Origin: Candidatus Heimdallarchaeota archaeon
GTDB taxonomy: Archaea; Asgardarchaeota; Heimdallarchaeia; Heimdallarchaeales; Kariarchaeaceae
Length of the DNA: 32,000 nucleotides
Assembly: GCA_030149205.1 (NCBI GenBank)
Contig: JASBSB010000006.1
Coordinates: 150,001-182,000, forward strand
Direction: 5' to 3'
This document shows, in pieces, positions 10,659 to 18,527 of the stretch (the first letter of the stretch is position 1; each line of letters begins with the position of its first letter). The notes beneath the pieces are model-generated. The model had not been told where the DNA came from. It was given only the letters and a program-made list of their open reading frames with translations, and made no database searches. Both the position numbers and the translations under genes were made by a program.

Positions 10659-11033
10659 TCAATTAGTAAACGAGTTCAAAGCCTCTTCAATTTTTCCACT
10701 GGTGGCAGGCTTTATAATATAAAAATCGACATGTATTCCTCGCTTCTGAGCATCTGAAAGTGGATCACTCGAAATCATGATCAACTTGGTTTTGGTGTTG
10801 TTCTGCCTATCAACACTGTTGATGAATCTAGCCAACTGTGTACCGTTTTGATTCGGAAGAATTTGATCTATCGTCACCAATGTGGGTTTAAGTTCCAGAA
10901 ATTTCTCTTTCCCTTCCTCAGCACTACCCACCATTTCGATAACTTCATGTCCCATTTGTAAAAAATACCGCTTCAATGCTAATCTGTTGAGAGGTGAATC
11001 ATCCACAATAAGTACTCTTTCCATTGTAATCAT
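10659..11033 (-). CDS. Stand-alone CheY-like response regulator receiver
   Basis: LIVDDS acidic pocket, phospho-acceptor Asp in TIDQILP, Ser in MISS, conserved KP. Confidence 0.88.
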   Translation of the reverse strand: MITMERVLIVDDSPLNRLALKRYFLQMGHEVIEMVGSAEEGKEKFLELKPTLVTIDQILPNQNGTQLARFINSVDRQNNTKTKLIMISSDPLSDAQKRGIHVDFYIIKPATSGKIEEALNSFTN

Positions 11034-11170
11034 AATGATTTCTTCCTTTATTACATCTTCTATCGTATTTAGTTTTGCAATCTAATTTTCTTTAACTCAA
11101 TCAAGAAATTTACAGTGCCATGAAAAGGAAGGAGAGGTATTAAATTTAGATCGGATTTTGATATAAATGA

Positions 11171-11632
11171 TTAACTATTTTCAGAGGAAATTTTTTTAAC
11201 GTAATCAGCATGTAACTTAAGGGGTAATCCCATAGAAGCACTCGTTATTTCTGCTGTGACTTCTTGATTAGATGAGTCAATACGTGTTACCTTTGCCCTC
11301 GCACCCTTAAAAGGGCCATTAATTATCTCTACCATGTCTCCCTGCTGAAGTCCCTCGATCGCAGGTCTGGGGACTAGAATATCTTGTAGTTCATCAAGAT
11401 CAACTGGATTAATCGATATAGGTTTATTGGTAATTCCTCGGATAGTTGAAGTAAGTTGTTCTATTTGCGTTAGGTCTTCACCTTCTATGTAGATGTAACC
11501 TTTTGTGGAATCAGTGAACATTACAGCTGAAATAAATCCCTTGTATTGGGGAAGATCTTTTGACTTGTTTGCAAGCATCTTTGCAAGCATCTTTTCTTTT
11601 CCATTACTTGCTCGGTGAATATATACTGGCAT
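11171..11632 (-). CDS. spt5: Transcription elongation factor Spt5 (NusG family)
   Basis: NGN domain (NGKEK, KGYIYIE) plus KOW domain (GDMVEIINGPFKGARAKVTRID). Directly downstream of secE; ATG at 11632 preferred. Confidence 0.92.
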   Translation of the reverse strand: MPVYIHRASNGKEKMLAKMLANKSKDLPQYKGFISAVMFTDSTKGYIYIEGEDLTQIEQLTSTIRGITNKPISINPVDLDELQDILVPRPAIEGLQQGDMVEIINGPFKGARAKVTRIDSSNQEVTAEITSASMGLPLKLHADYVKKISSENS

Positions 11633-11636
11633 AAGC

Positions 11637-11819
11637 TTAACCCAATGTAACTGCAATTATTTGATGAACTAAAAAGCCTATGGTTCCAATGAAAACTACA
11701 CCTAATGCTGTGATGATAGTGGTAATTCTCAACTCTCTTTTGCTTGGCATTTTGGTGGATTTAAACAAAAGACGTTTTGAATTGTTATAATACCGTCTTG
11801 CAGTATATTGAACACTCAT
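11637..11819 (-). CDS. secE: Protein translocase subunit SecE/Sec61-gamma
   Basis: KMPSKRE followed by a single TM helix (ITALGVVFIGTIGFLV). Canonical secE-spt5 order; ATG at 11819 preferred. Confidence 0.88.
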   Translation of the reverse strand: MSVQYTARRYYNNSKRLLFKSTKMPSKRELRITTIITALGVVFIGTIGFLVHQIIAVTLG

Positions 11820-11879
11820 AATTATACTTCTCACTTAATTGTTTTAAGGATTATCATTTGTCACGATTAAAGCAAATAT

Positions 11880-12476
11880 CTAAGTGTCAAAGAACATTGA
11901 CAGAATTTTGGCTTGAAAGTTCCTCAACCTTTGATGTTCAATCTTCAGCAATTCAATAGATTCTTTGATGACCATTTGAAAAAAGGAAATGCTAACTTGG
12001 ATCTCATTTTCAAAATATATAGGAAGAGCTAAGTTGCCCGTACCTAAAATTTCTACAGTGAGACTTGGTTGTATCGATTGAAACTTAGACTTTCCTAATC
12101 CTGAACTCAGAGCTATATCTCTCAAAATTTCAGCAGTTTTAAGATTTTTCACCCCAATATGAAAATTTGGAGCTTCAAAAAGAAACCACCCTGTTAAATT
12201 TGGTTCAAAATTGATATCACCAAGGTTTATTAAGTTTAATTCTGACATTGTATGAGCTTTAAAGTAAAATTTAGTGTGATATTTCGAGCGAATCTTATCC
12301 TTCCCAATAATTATCGCTCTTCCAGAACAACTAGATGTAGTATACATATCTGGAATTCTATTAACAAGATTTACTAAGGGAAGGCTAATTTCATCTACTT
12401 TGTGCTGTTCCAAAGCCATTTCTAAATTGTGTAATGAACGCTTTTTTCTGGTTAAAAACACATTTTTATCAATCAT
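11880..12476 (-). CDS. tyw3: tRNA(Phe) wyosine-derivative methyltransferase Tyw3/Taw3
   Basis: VDEISLPLVNLVN..YTTSSCSGR family signature; later HIG and GL..S motifs. Confidence 0.88.
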   Translation of the reverse strand: MIDKNVFLTRKKRSLHNLEMALEQHKVDEISLPLVNLVNRIPDMYTTSSCSGRAIIIGKDKIRSKYHTKFYFKAHTMSELNLINLGDINFEPNLTGWFLFEAPNFHIGVKNLKTAEILRDIALSSGLGKSKFQSIQPSLTVEILGTGNLALPIYFENEIQVSISFFQMVIKESIELLKIEHQRLRNFQAKILSMFFDT

Positions 12477-12500
12477 TTTAATTGGTGTTAGACACCATGC

Positions 12501-13406
12501 TTATCTAAACTCATCATAAATAGATTCAGCATCGACATTGTTTTCCTTAAAGGTTAGAGGTTCATCCACAGGAATCTTTCCTCTTTTTAATACTCTATCA
12601 AGATCTTCCAAAGGAGGCTGGGATTCATTTTGATAAAAAACACCTATTGGGATTTTGGTCCCCCATTCTAATCCTCTTTTGAAGGCGGAATTTATATCCT
12701 TATGATTATAGCCTTCTTCCTCATCAAGGTTATAGATTCTTTCATTATACCAATCATAGGTGTTTAGTCTGTTGAATGTAACACAAGGACTTATTGTATC
12801 AACCAAAGCGAAACCTTTATGTTTAATTGACTTAACTATTAGGTCTACAAGGTGTGCAGCCTGACCAGAAAATCCTCTGGAGACAAATGAAGCACCAGCA
12901 CCTAGAGCAAGAGCAATCGGATTAATTCTTTGTTCATCCACACCTTCGGGTGTTGTTAGGGTAATATGATGCATCTGAGATGTAGGGGAAGCTTGACCAA
13001 GAGTTAAGCCATAAATTTGGTTATCCATCACAACATAGGATATGTTTAAGTTTCTCCTTGCTGCGTGCACAAAATGACCTACTCCTATTCCAAAGCCATC
13101 TCCATCTCCGCCTACCACGATAATCTTTAAATTAGGATTTGCTAAGGCAATTCCTGTTGCTACAGGTAATGCTCGACCGTGTGTAACATGAAAACCATAA
13201 GTTGACGAAAAGTGCGGGAGGTTCCCAGAACATCCTATTCCACTTACTATTACAACCTCGTTTGGGGTATACCCTAATTCAGATAGTGCTCGAGTTAGAG
13301 CTGATAAAACTCCATAATCACCACAGCCAGGGCACCATGATGGTCTTGGACCTTTAAAATCTTTGGCGGAAACTTTGGATTGGGGTTCAACTGCAGATTC
13401 TTGCAT
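12501..13406 (-). CDS. korB: 2-oxoacid:ferredoxin oxidoreductase beta subunit
   Basis: WCPGCGDYG, SGIGCS, HGRALP, TPP-binding GGDGDG..IG, MDNQIYGLTLGQASPT, SPCVTFN. GAGGA SD-like sequence upstream. Confidence 0.95.
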   Translation of the reverse strand: MQESAVEPQSKVSAKDFKGPRPSWCPGCGDYGVLSALTRALSELGYTPNEVVIVSGIGCSGNLPHFSSTYGFHVTHGRALPVATGIALANPNLKIIVVGGDGDGFGIGVGHFVHAARRNLNISYVVMDNQIYGLTLGQASPTSQMHHITLTTPEGVDEQRINPIALALGAGASFVSRGFSGQAAHLVDLIVKSIKHKGFALVDTISPCVTFNRLNTYDWYNERIYNLDEEEGYNHKDINSAFKRGLEWGTKIPIGVFYQNESQPPLEDLDRVLKRGKIPVDEPLTFKENNVDAESIYDEFR

Positions 13407-13500
13407 GAAATATCCTCTTCTTAATTACTTTAAGTGTGATAGCGTTAATTAAATGTATAGTTAATTTAACACCCCAGAGATTTTCTCAAAAAAAAAATAT

Positions 13501-13513
13501 TCAGAAATTCTGA
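13501..13513. promoter_or_regulatory. 13-bp palindrome TCAGAAATTCTGA, copy 1 (upstream of korB)
   Basis: TCAGAA-A-TTCTGA about 95 bp upstream of the korB start, in a 271-bp intergenic region. Identical copy at 22221-22233. Confidence 0.45.
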
Positions 13514-13677
13514 CTTTAAAATAAAATTACCTATTCAAAAAAATAATTACAAAAGTCTGTAAGTTTGGTTCAAGATGAACTTTGGCATACATATAGGATT
13601 AATTATTAACCAATTATATGAATTTACAAAACATTGTCGAACATCTCAATACCCCTTGCTTAATTTTGATTGTTATT

Positions 13678-14610
13678 TTAATTTTGATGATTTTCACCAT
13701 TTTTGAGTATTGATTTCAATCCACGGAAATAAGGTGCAGCGATTTTAATGAATTTAATGTCATTTGTTCTATAAAATGCGCTGATAAACCATGATACCAT
13801 CAGCAGTAGAACTAACTCCGTCCATTTGGTGACCTTTTCTTGATCAATTCTAGAATCATTTAAACTATGAAGCTTATCTTTAACATGCTCTATTGGGTCT
13901 GAAAACTTAGATTTTCCTAAGCTGTAAAGCATAAAATAACAAAGGTCAAAATTTGGATCTCCCAATGATGCATATTCCCAATCAATTATTTTGAATGAAT
14001 TGGTCTCCTCCTCGAACAGAATATTTTCTGGGTAGAAGTCCCCATGTATTAAAGTATGATTAGTAGAATACAAATTAAGGTTTAACCATCTTTCAATAGA
14101 TAATCCCATAGAATTTTTGAACTTGAAATCAAATATGGGGTCAACTGAATGAAGGTCTCGTTCCGTGAGAATTTGATGTATTTTCCCTAATGTTTCAATT
14201 ATGACCTCACTGTGAAGGCTGAAATTTGACCTATTAAAATTATTTTTACTGAGTTCCTTTAGGGAAAGCCAGACTTTGTAAGCCTCTGCGAGTTCAATAG
14301 TTGGCTTAATTTTGGGCTCATCTACATATTTTAAGATTATAGACTGATAAGAAGCAATTTTAAAATTCCCATAATATTTTGGGACGAGGTTTGATTTCTT
14401 ATTAGAAAAATATTCATAGGCAGCTCGCTCCCTTTTGAAATAAGAATTTCTATCAGGTGGGTATAACCTAATTACAAATTTTGTATTACTATCAGAGCTA
14501 ACAGTAAATTTTAAGACTGACAATCCACTATCTAACCTTGTTATCTGTCTTGGTGTTACACTAAGATGAGAAATTAGGGTGTTAGAAATTTCTTCTTTTA
14601 GTTTGTTCAC
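13678..14610 (-). CDS. Aminoglycoside phosphotransferase/choline kinase family protein
   Basis: Brenner motif HGDFYPENI, IIDWEYA, GDPNFDL; N-terminal KFVIR and RERAAY. Confidence 0.85.
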   Translation of the reverse strand: MNKLKEEISNTLISHLSVTPRQITRLDSGLSVLKFTVSSDSNTKFVIRLYPPDRNSYFKRERAAYEYFSNKKSNLVPKYYGNFKIASYQSIILKYVDEPKIKPTIELAEAYKVWLSLKELSKNNFNRSNFSLHSEVIIETLGKIHQILTERDLHSVDPIFDFKFKNSMGLSIERWLNLNLYSTNHTLIHGDFYPENILFEEETNSFKIIDWEYASLGDPNFDLCYFMLYSLGKSKFSDPIEHVKDKLHSLNDSRIDQEKVTKWTELVLLLMVSWFISAFYRTNDIKFIKIAAPYFRGLKSILKNGENHQN

Positions 14611-15848
14611 TTTGATTCTCCAACAATGATTTTCCCTAATTTTACTACCAAAGAAATTTTATCCCGGTTTGAGATATATTCAATATTTTCTAGTGGAGAA
14701 TTTCTTAAGGCCAACAGATCTGCGTCGTAGCCTACCTTTAACAACCCAGATTTTTTAGCTAAGCTTCCCACGGTTTTGGCCCCCATTCCCGTTGCTGAAA
14801 CTAATGCATCTTCTTTTTTCATTCCAGCCTCAACCAAATATTTTAGTTCCATTGCGTTTTCTCCATGGCGAAACACTCCATTTGGACCTGAAACAAACAT
14901 ATCAGTACCCATCGCAATTTTTACCCCTGTTTTTATTGCTATTTTCATTGCAGATTTATGTTGCTCGTATAAGTTTTTGAGTTTCTCCATAGCATATTCT
15001 GGGACATTAGAATTTTGAGAAGAAGCAAACAACTTTTCAATGACATATCTGGTTGGTACTAGAATTGCCTTTTTTTCAACCATTAACTCAGCTAGATCCT
15101 CATCAAGATAAGTTCCATGCTCAATAGTTTTTACGCCAGCATTTAATGCAGCCTTGATTCCTGGGGATCCATGACAGTGGGCTGCGACTAATCTATCTGC
15201 TCTATGTGCCTCTTCAACTATGGTTTTTAGTTCCAAGTCAGAGAGTTGTTGATGAATTGGATGATCAAGTTCACTCATTACCCCACCAGATGCACAAACT
15301 TTGATTATCTCCGCACCCTTCCGTAGTTGCTTTCGCACACCTTTCAGACAACCGCTAACTCCATCCACCAATTCTCCCAATGGAGAGTTACCCCAAGTCC
15401 TGTAGATTTCCAATGGGATTCCATGTACATCTGAATGACCACCAGTCATACCTAAGACATTTCCCGCTCCATATATTCTTGGACCATCAATCAGACCCTC
15501 TTCGACAACTCTATTCAAATACACACCAATCCCTCCTACTTCCCTCACACTTGTTATTCCGGACGATAGTAACTCCTTGAGGTCCCATGTTGATCTTGCC
15601 GCCGCAACATAAGGATTGACCATTAACCAAGACTCAACAGAGGCTGTCAGACTACCTGAGAAGTGGCAGTGGGCTTCCCATAACCCAGGCATTAGAAATG
15701 GAACATACAGCTCTTTTTTTACACTCGGAGCATGCTCAGTTTCACCACTGTAAGTTATTTTATTTCCCTCTAGGACAACAGAACCATTTTTTATGATTTC
15801 ACCGTCTCCAATAAATAATGTATCAGTATCTATTTTTAAAGCATCCAT
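14607..15848 (-). CDS. Metal-dependent amidohydrolase (Xaa-Pro dipeptidase/ochratoxinase-like subgroup)
   Basis: PGLWEAHCH, GITSVRE, TGGHSD, carboxylated-Lys site IKVCASGG, AHCHG, IEHG, GTD. 4-bp overlap with the kinase gene. Confidence 0.88.
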   Translation of the reverse strand: MDALKIDTDTLFIGDGEIIKNGSVVLEGNKITYSGETEHAPSVKKELYVPFLMPGLWEAHCHFSGSLTASVESWLMVNPYVAAARSTWDLKELLSSGITSVREVGGIGVYLNRVVEEGLIDGPRIYGAGNVLGMTGGHSDVHGIPLEIYRTWGNSPLGELVDGVSGCLKGVRKQLRKGAEIIKVCASGGVMSELDHPIHQQLSDLELKTIVEEAHRADRLVAAHCHGSPGIKAALNAGVKTIEHGTYLDEDLAELMVEKKAILVPTRYVIEKLFASSQNSNVPEYAMEKLKNLYEQHKSAMKIAIKTGVKIAMGTDMFVSGPNGVFRHGENAMELKYLVEAGMKKEDALVSATGMGAKTVGSLAKKSGLLKVGYDADLLALRNSPLENIEYISNRDKISLVVKLGKIIVGESK

Positions 15849-15898
15849 AAATTTTATAAAACTTTAACAATAAAAATACAATGCCAACAGAGTGAAAA

Positions 15899-16330
15899 TT
15901 ATACCTGTTGATAGTTCATACCTTGACGGGAAGCTATTTTGTTTTTGATTGATTCATAGGTAAGCTTAGATTTATCATCCTCATGAATTTGTGTTGATAA
16001 TCCTACAAAGCTGGACGTTACGGTTTTTTTAGTACCTGCATAACTCATTCGGAGTCTTACTGATGATTCTAAGGGCATCCAGAATAAAAATAACATACGA
16101 GTGTCGTCCAAGCCAACCCTATTTTTCATAGGAAAATCATAGAGAACATATCGGGGCTCATTATCAGGGAGCTCATTCACAACCTCTTCAAAGGATTGTT
16201 CTGTCCTTTTATCAAGGACAATGTGTTCATCCTCAATTTTCAGGATCATCCCCTGTGCTTTTTTCTCAAATCTCATTTTTTCATAATCTTCGATTATGGT
16301 ACTGTTCACTTCAATTCCAGTGGTACTCAT
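15899..16330 (-). CDS. ADF/cofilin family actin-depolymerizing factor (single ADF-H domain)
   Basis: 143 aa. MSTTGIEV N-terminus, LPDNEPRYVLYDF, FLFWMP..SSVRLRMSYAGTK and GLSTQIHEDD.S.LTYESI match the cofilin pattern end to end. Confidence 0.85.
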   Translation of the reverse strand: MSTTGIEVNSTIIEDYEKMRFEKKAQGMILKIEDEHIVLDKRTEQSFEEVVNELPDNEPRYVLYDFPMKNRVGLDDTRMLFLFWMPLESSVRLRMSYAGTKKTVTSSFVGLSTQIHEDDKSKLTYESIKNKIASRQGMNYQQV

Positions 16331-16392
16331 AGATCTTCAAATTAAATTGAACTCAAGGTCTTTTAAGTTTTACTTGAATTTTCGACCTAGTT

Positions 16393-17064
16393 TTAAGATT
16401 GTTCAGGATTTTGAAAACTTGGTAGGAAGGAATAATTTTTTCTCGGTTTAAATGATCCTGAAATTGAGATATTTCTTTGAATAAAAGCCTCTGCTGCAGT
16501 TGTTCCAGCCTGGATACCCCGGAGATGAGTTCTGGCAGAATGGAAGCGAGAATAGAAATTATCTCCACCTTTGTGTGATTGTGATTCATAGATTTTTATC
16601 GCCTTGTCTCTGAGTGAAACAGTGTCACTGATATCAACCAATACTTCAGGTATATCGATTAATACAGTGGTTTCGGCTGACCAAACATTTGATACCTGAT
16701 GAGCCTCTCCTTGTGTGGTGTGACTCGCCCATTCTACAGCTTCTAACACTATTTCTTGAGTGATGCGATGTTCTTTGTGATAATCGTTCGGGATATGTGT
16801 AATCACATGCTGTGGTTTGTGTTTTACAATTAATTCACTCAATTGATTTTGAATCTTTCTGCTATTTTCCCAGGTTATATTCTTTTCATTTAAGGTGATC
16901 GGCAAAGTGTTTAGTATTGAACAAGCTTCCTTGAATTCATCTTCTCTTTTAGGATCTGCTGTTATACTAACAGAAACACTTTTAGAGTATTTAGCCAGAG
17001 TTCCTCCACAGGAAAATGTTTCATCATCCTGGTGGGAAAATATACTCATAATTTTATCTTGCAT
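16393..17064 (-). CDS. bshB: PIG-L family deacetylase, candidate GlcNAc-malate deacetylase BshB
   Basis: SHQDDE..SCGGTL metal motif (variant of HPDDE), DYHKEH, AI..YESQ, AEAF. The bshB assignment rests on co-location with bshA and bshC. Confidence 0.7.
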   Translation of the reverse strand: MQDKIMSIFSHQDDETFSCGGTLAKYSKSVSVSITADPKREDEFKEACSILNTLPITLNEKNITWENSRKIQNQLSELIVKHKPQHVITHIPNDYHKEHRITQEIVLEAVEWASHTTQGEAHQVSNVWSAETTVLIDIPEVLVDISDTVSLRDKAIKIYESQSHKGGDNFYSRFHSARTHLRGIQAGTTAAEAFIQRNISISGSFKPRKNYSFLPSFQNPEQS

Positions 17065-17077
17065 TTATAATCCTCAT

Positions 17078-17353
17078 GAGGTGAGAAGGTAATCCAGATT
17101 TTGTTTGATCCGCACGACAATCCTGCCTTGATCACGCAACATTCATCTTTGCTTGCTACCCGATTCCTCAGAAGGTGATTCATCGGAATCTGCTTGCAAT
17201 TGCACCACGGTGATGATCCGTTTCAGCATCCAATGGAAGTATCGTTTCTGCTATCAGAGCCAGGTTCTCACCTGAAAGGTTTACACCTTTACCGTTCACC
17301 TTCTGGTGTCTGGACTTTCCTCAGTTTCCCGCAGGTTGCGTTCTTCTCTCCTC
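17078..17353 (-). ncRNA. rnpB: RNase P RNA, compact archaeal type A
   Basis: Minus strand reads GAGGAAAGUCCAG (CR-I), GCAGAAAC (CR-II), UGAAACGG (CR-III), AACAAAAUCUGGAUUA (CR-V). Pairings: P1 GAGGAGAGAAG/CUUCUCACCUC, P2 CGCAAC/GUUGCG, P4 AGUCCAG/CUGGAUU, P5 CACC/GGUG, P6 AGAAGGUG/CACCUUCU, P8 AAAGGU-GUAA-ACCUUU, P9 CAGGU-GAGA-ACCUG, P19 UGAUC/GAUCA; L15 GGU present. Confidence 0.95.
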
Positions 17354-17375
17354 AAATTTCAAGTAAATTACTCTC

Positions 17376-17389
17376 TAATATAATCTTTG
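17376..17389 (-). promoter_or_regulatory. Probable BRE/TATA promoter of rnpB
   Basis: Minus strand CAAAGA-TTATATTA ends 22 nt upstream of the P1 5' end, typical archaeal spacing. Confidence 0.5.
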
Positions 17390-17395
17390 TGTTTA

Positions 17396-18469
17396 TCAAC
17401 TCATTCGGGAAATAATCTTAAATGTTTCATCGTCTACCTTATCATAAGTCACCAAAATATTCCGCTTTAACAGAGTTGTAATGACAAATATTGAATCTAT
17501 AGAGAGCAAAGCTGGGTTTCCTTCTAATCTAAGTGATTTCAGTGGTAGACATGCATCCATGGGAGGTATTGATTCAAGTTGATTATTTTGTAATGATAAA
17601 GTGTCCAAAGGAAGATTGATAAGTTGATACGGAAGTGACTTTAATTTGTTTCTTGATAAATAGCAATACCTTAAGCTTTGACAGCCACCAATGGTCTCTG
17701 GGAGATGAGTTATCTGATTATCTTGAAGCCATAATGATTCTAATCCCAACAGATTACCAATCGATTCAGGTACCTGAATCAGTTCATTATTGTGTCCAAA
17801 AAGTTGCCAGAGATTTCTCATTAACCCCACCTTTGGAGGTAAAAATTTTAGTTGATTGTATTGAACCGAGAGCTTGGTGACCTTATATAACAAATCTAAA
17901 TTTTCTGGGAGAGACCTCAATCTGTTGTTATTCAAAGTTAAAACCTGCAACTCTTTAAGTTTGGTTACATCCTCTGGAATAGCTCTCAAATGATTATGGG
18001 ATAGGTCTAGTTTTTTTAGTTTACTCAGGTTTGAAATGTGTTCAGGAATCTCGGTGATATGATTATTTGAGAGATGGAGGTACTCAAGATTCTTTAACTC
18101 AAATAATGCTTCAGGAATCTCAGTCAATTGATTGTTTGATAGGTTTAAAGTTCGTAGATTTTTTAATTCTGAGATATTCTCAGATAAGGATAAAAGGTTA
18201 TTATTTGACACAAAAAGATCTTTAAGATCTTGAAGCGCATATATTTTCTCTGGTAGACGCTTCAGGTGGTTAAAGGACAACTGTAAGCCCTGTAGACCCT
18301 GAAATTCAAATATGATGTTAGGAAGGTATCCTAACCCTAAATCTGTTAAACGTAAATAGGTGAGAACATTACCTCTGTCAAATTCAGTTCTGGGATAATC
18401 ACTTACCAATCCTCTTAGGTCACTTGAAATTTGTTTTTCAAGTCTAAGTAAATTGGCAAGGTCATCCAT
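17396..18469 (-). CDS. Leucine-rich repeat protein, about 13 repeats of 23 aa
   Basis: Consensus LxxLxLxxNxLxxLPxxIxxLxx repeated through most of the protein. No catalytic or Roc domain visible. Confidence 0.92.
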   Translation of the reverse strand: MDDLANLLRLEKQISSDLRGLVSDYPRTEFDRGNVLTYLRLTDLGLGYLPNIIFEFQGLQGLQLSFNHLKRLPEKIYALQDLKDLFVSNNNLLSLSENISELKNLRTLNLSNNQLTEIPEALFELKNLEYLHLSNNHITEIPEHISNLSKLKKLDLSHNHLRAIPEDVTKLKELQVLTLNNNRLRSLPENLDLLYKVTKLSVQYNQLKFLPPKVGLMRNLWQLFGHNNELIQVPESIGNLLGLESLWLQDNQITHLPETIGGCQSLRYCYLSRNKLKSLPYQLINLPLDTLSLQNNQLESIPPMDACLPLKSLRLEGNPALLSIDSIFVITTLLKRNILVTYDKVDDETFKIISRMS

Positions 18470-18527
18470 TCTACAAGTAATTAACGTATCTTTTGATATT
18501 AAAAGCTATTCACACTTCTCAAATGGG

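Noticed and set aside
13444-13470. GTTAATT direct repeat and GTTAATTTAAC palindrome upstream of korB as a SurR-type site
   Set aside because: Spacing is GTT-n5-AAC, not GTT-n3-AAC, and such AT-rich palindromes arise easily by chance.
15899-16330. Eukaryotic contamination as the source of the cofilin gene
   Set aside because: No introns, composition like its neighbours, and tight co-oriented spacing among archaeal genes. Read-level confirmation is still advisable.
16353-16589. 78-aa minus-strand ORF overlapping the PIG-L gene
   Set aside because: Alternative frame inside a well-supported CDS; no motif.
17194-17415. 73-aa plus-strand ORF in the track
   Set aside because: It is antisense to the RNase P RNA gene and has no protein motif.
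13407-18527. Segment between korB and korA as a mobile element or genomic island
   Set aside because: No integrase, transposase, terminal repeats or obvious compositional shift, and it contains essential rnpB.
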